DNA from: Mobula hypostoma
Lineage: Eukaryota
DNA length: 64,000 nucleotides
Assembly: GCF_963921235.1 (NCBI RefSeq)
Contig: NC_086108.1
Span: 96,970,001 to 97,034,000, forward strand
Reading direction: 5' to 3'
Shown here one piece after another: positions 61,470-64,000 of this stretch. The first letter of the stretch is position 1. Each line of letters starts with the position of its first letter. Both the position numbers and the translations under genes were made by a program. The notes under the pieces are model-generated. The model had not been told where the DNA came from. It did not search any database and saw only the letters and a program-made list of their open reading frames with translations.

Positions 61470-61920
61470 TTAAATGTCAGAGAAATGTATACAATGTACA
61501 TCCTGAAATTCTTTTTCTTTGCAAACATCAACAAAAACAGAGGAGTGCCCCAAAGAATGAATGACAGTTAAAACGTTAGAACCCCAAAGCCCTCCCCCCA
61601 GCTCCCCCTCCCATGCACAGGCAGCAGCTAGGCAATGACCCCCTCCCCCCATCCTCCACCAGAAAAATAGCATCAGCACTCTCTACCAAGCACTCAGGCA
61701 TGCAGCAAAGCATCAATGAAGACACAGACTTGCAGTACCCCAAAAACTACTCATTCACCCGGTAATTCGACATATCACAGGCTCTCTCTCTCTCTTTCTC
61801 CCTAACAAGGGAAAAAGAGGTGTCCCCATTTCTCAGCGAGAGGAGAGACGTAATAAACAACTCTCTGATTTATGATGTTAAAAGTCTGTTGTGTCACTTC
61901 TTCCGAGCTCTGCACCCAGA
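61470..61920 (-). mobile_element. Unclassified non-autonomous retroelement family (copy 2)
   Basis: Paralogous to 24010-24600. Confidence 0.6.
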
Positions 61921-63214
61921 GAGTTGGCAAGAGACTTTCCCTTGTATAAATTGACATTAGAATTTTTTGCAACAGTGATGAACTTCTGAAAAACTTTATT
62001 TGTTATAAATCATCTTGGGGCATTCTGACTATATTAAAAGGAGATATTAAAGGCATATTCTTTCTTTATCATTATTTCAAAGGGTTAAGAAATAACTTCA
62101 ATCTGAACATGTATTTTGCAGTGTAGATGAAACTATTACTAGGGTAGACCCAACATTTTAAGCTGTATTGAGGTGAAGGGCCACAATAGTATCACACCTA
62201 TTGTCATTCATATATGCATATGCTATGTGCTCCCTTGTGTTCAGAGAGTGGAATGCTGTTAGTTTCCAAATGTTATGGAAATAATATTTACCTGTCAAAC
62301 GCCCTCAGTACCAATCAGTAAGCTCTACATTCTTCTGCAGCTAGATCCTTGGCCTCCTCATTGGGAGACCACAGTCGGTGTGGACCTGAAATAACATCTC
62401 CATCTGGTTGACAATCAACACGGGCTAAGGATATGTGCTTAGCCCACTGCTCTACTCTCCCTATACTCAAGACTTTGGTGCTAGGCAAGGCTCAAATGCC
62501 ATCCATAAATTCACTGATGACGCAAGTGCTGTTAGCAGAATCTCAGATGGTGACAGGGATGCATTCAGGAGTGAGATAGCTCAGCTGGTTGAGTGGTATC
62601 ACAACAACCTTGCTCCCATTGGTAGCAAGATTGTGGGCTTCAGGAAGGAGAAATTCGAACACACTCCAGTCCTCAGTGAGGGGTTCAGCAGAGGAAGGGT
62701 TGAGCAGCTTCAAGTTCCTTGTTGTCAGCCTCTCAGAGGATCTATCATGGACTCAACATATTCATTGAATTACAAGGAAGGCATGACAGGTCTGGAATGG
62801 CAACTCAAATGCACAGGAATGTAAGTAGCTTCAGAGAGTAATGGACTCTGCCCTATACTGCATAGACACATCTCTTCCTACCATTGGTAGAATCTACAGG
62901 AGGCAATACCTCAGTAAGGTAACATCCTTTATTAAAGGCCCCCACCTTCTGGGCCATGCCATATTTTTGCACCTACCAGGAGGTATGAAAACCTGAATTC
63001 CTATACCTCCAGATTTAAGAACAATTATTTCCATTCAACCATTCAGTCCTTGAGCCAGTCTGTAAACCCTTAATCACTGCAGCTTAACAACACTCTGGCC
63101 ACTTTGCACTATAATGGAAACAACAGGAATTCTGCAGATGCTGGAAATTCAAGGAACACACATCAAAGTTGCTGGTGAACGCAGCAGACCAGGCAGCATC
63201 TCTAGGAAGAGGTA

Positions 63215-63251
63215 CAGTCGACGTTTCGGGCCGAGACCCTTCGTCAGGACT
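63215..63251 (-). ncRNA. Minimal type I hammerhead ribozyme motif (intact)
   Basis: AGTC-CTGACGA-AGGGTCTCGGCCC-GAAAC-GTC-GACTG on the minus strand. Confidence 0.75.
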
Positions 63252-63460
63252 AACTGAAGGAAGAGTGAGTAAGAGATTTGAAAGTGGAAGGGGGAGATCC
63301 AAAATGATAGGAGAAGACAGGAGGGGGAGGGATCCTTTCATATCCCTTTTGCCAAACAACTTTCCAGCTCTTGGCTTCATCCCTCCCCCTCCTGTCTTCT
63401 CCTATCATTTGGAATCTCCCCCTCCCACTTTCAAATCTCTTACTATCTCTTCTTTCAGTT

Positions 63461-63497
63461 AGTCCTGACGAAGGGTCTCGGCCCGAAACGTCGACTG
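63461..63497 (+). ncRNA. Minimal type I hammerhead ribozyme motif (intact)
   Basis: AGTC-CTGACGA-AGGGTCTCGGCCC-GAAAC-GTC-GACTG on the plus strand. Confidence 0.75.
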
Positions 63498-64000
63498 CAC
63501 CTCTTCCTAGAGATGCTGCCTGGCCTGCTGCGTTCACCAGCAACTTTGATGTGTGTTGCTGGCACTATAATGGATTTTTTTTGTTCTAATTCTGTTCTTT
63601 CTTGTAAAAATTGTGTATAATTTATGTTTTCTTGTGAATGTTGCTTATTTGATGATACGTGCCTGCGATGCTGCTGTAAATAAAATTTTTTTTTGTTGCA
63701 TTTGCGGATACATGTATTTGCGCACATGACAATAAACTCGACATTGACTTTGACTTTGGCAGATGAAGCCCTCTTGAACAATTTGTATTTTCCTCAGGGA
63801 AAGGCTTCCCACGGTACAGGTGTAGGCATCAGAGGTATGCAGTAAAACTATCACACTGAGATTCACAGACAATGATTCCATAATTGGGACTATACCGGAG
63901 AGAGGCTTGCAAACAAATCTGGAGAAAGCGGACAAAGAAATTCGAGACCTTGCAAAACCGCGAAATAAACTGAAATTGGAATAATGAAGTAGATCAACTG

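Larger units (their letters stand above)
63119..63561. mobile_element. 443-bp fold-back PLE-derived insertion
   Basis: Inverted arms at about 63156-63332 and 63380-63556; 13-bp TSD GCACTATAATGGA at 63106-63118 and 63562-63574. Confidence 0.9.
62340..63755 (+). mobile_element. Degenerate Rex1/Babar-type LINE (RT to 3' tail), interrupted by the PLE fold-back
   Basis: LSPLLYSPYTQDF...IHKFTDD...ISDGD..AFRSEI..LVEW; tail ATGACAATAAACTCGAC...TGACTT. Confidence 0.75.

Noticed and set aside
63798..63985. Plus-strand exon candidate or coding-like stretch
   Set aside because: Contains a stop; ITLRFTDND..ERGLQ resembles a decayed LINE RT (LRFADD) motif rather than a host exon
1..64000. CRISPR arrays, rRNA genes or prokaryotic operons
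   Set aside because: None seen; the sequence is repeat-rich vertebrate DNA

Overview
Vertebrate genomic DNA, most likely from an elasmobranch (shark or ray). This is inferred from HE1-like V-SINEs and HER1/CR1-like LINEs; it was not checked against a database. Most of the window is transposon-derived: CR1 LINE fragments (two with long open RT frames), Rex1/Babar-type LINE remnants, Penelope-like elements (PLEs) with GIY-YIG endonuclease, tRNA-derived SINEs, RTE-type non-autonomous elements, and Tc1, pogo/Tigger and hAT deletion derivatives. Three things stand out. (1) The PLE terminal repeats carry minimal type I hammerhead ribozyme motifs (CUGANGA...GAAAC-GUH). One of these is a 443-bp fold-back insertion with two intact hammerheads on opposite strands and a 13-bp target-site duplication (TSD). 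(2) A chain of phase-compatible minus-strand candidate exons (about 59.3 to 51.1 kb) encodes a protein I cannot name. (3) A roughly 2-kb repeat-free block (47.4-49.4 kb) is dense in PBX, MEIS, HOX and octamer motifs and looks like a conserved developmental enhancer. Repeat boundaries were read by eye and are approximate unless a TSD or terminal inverted repeat (TIR) is cited.
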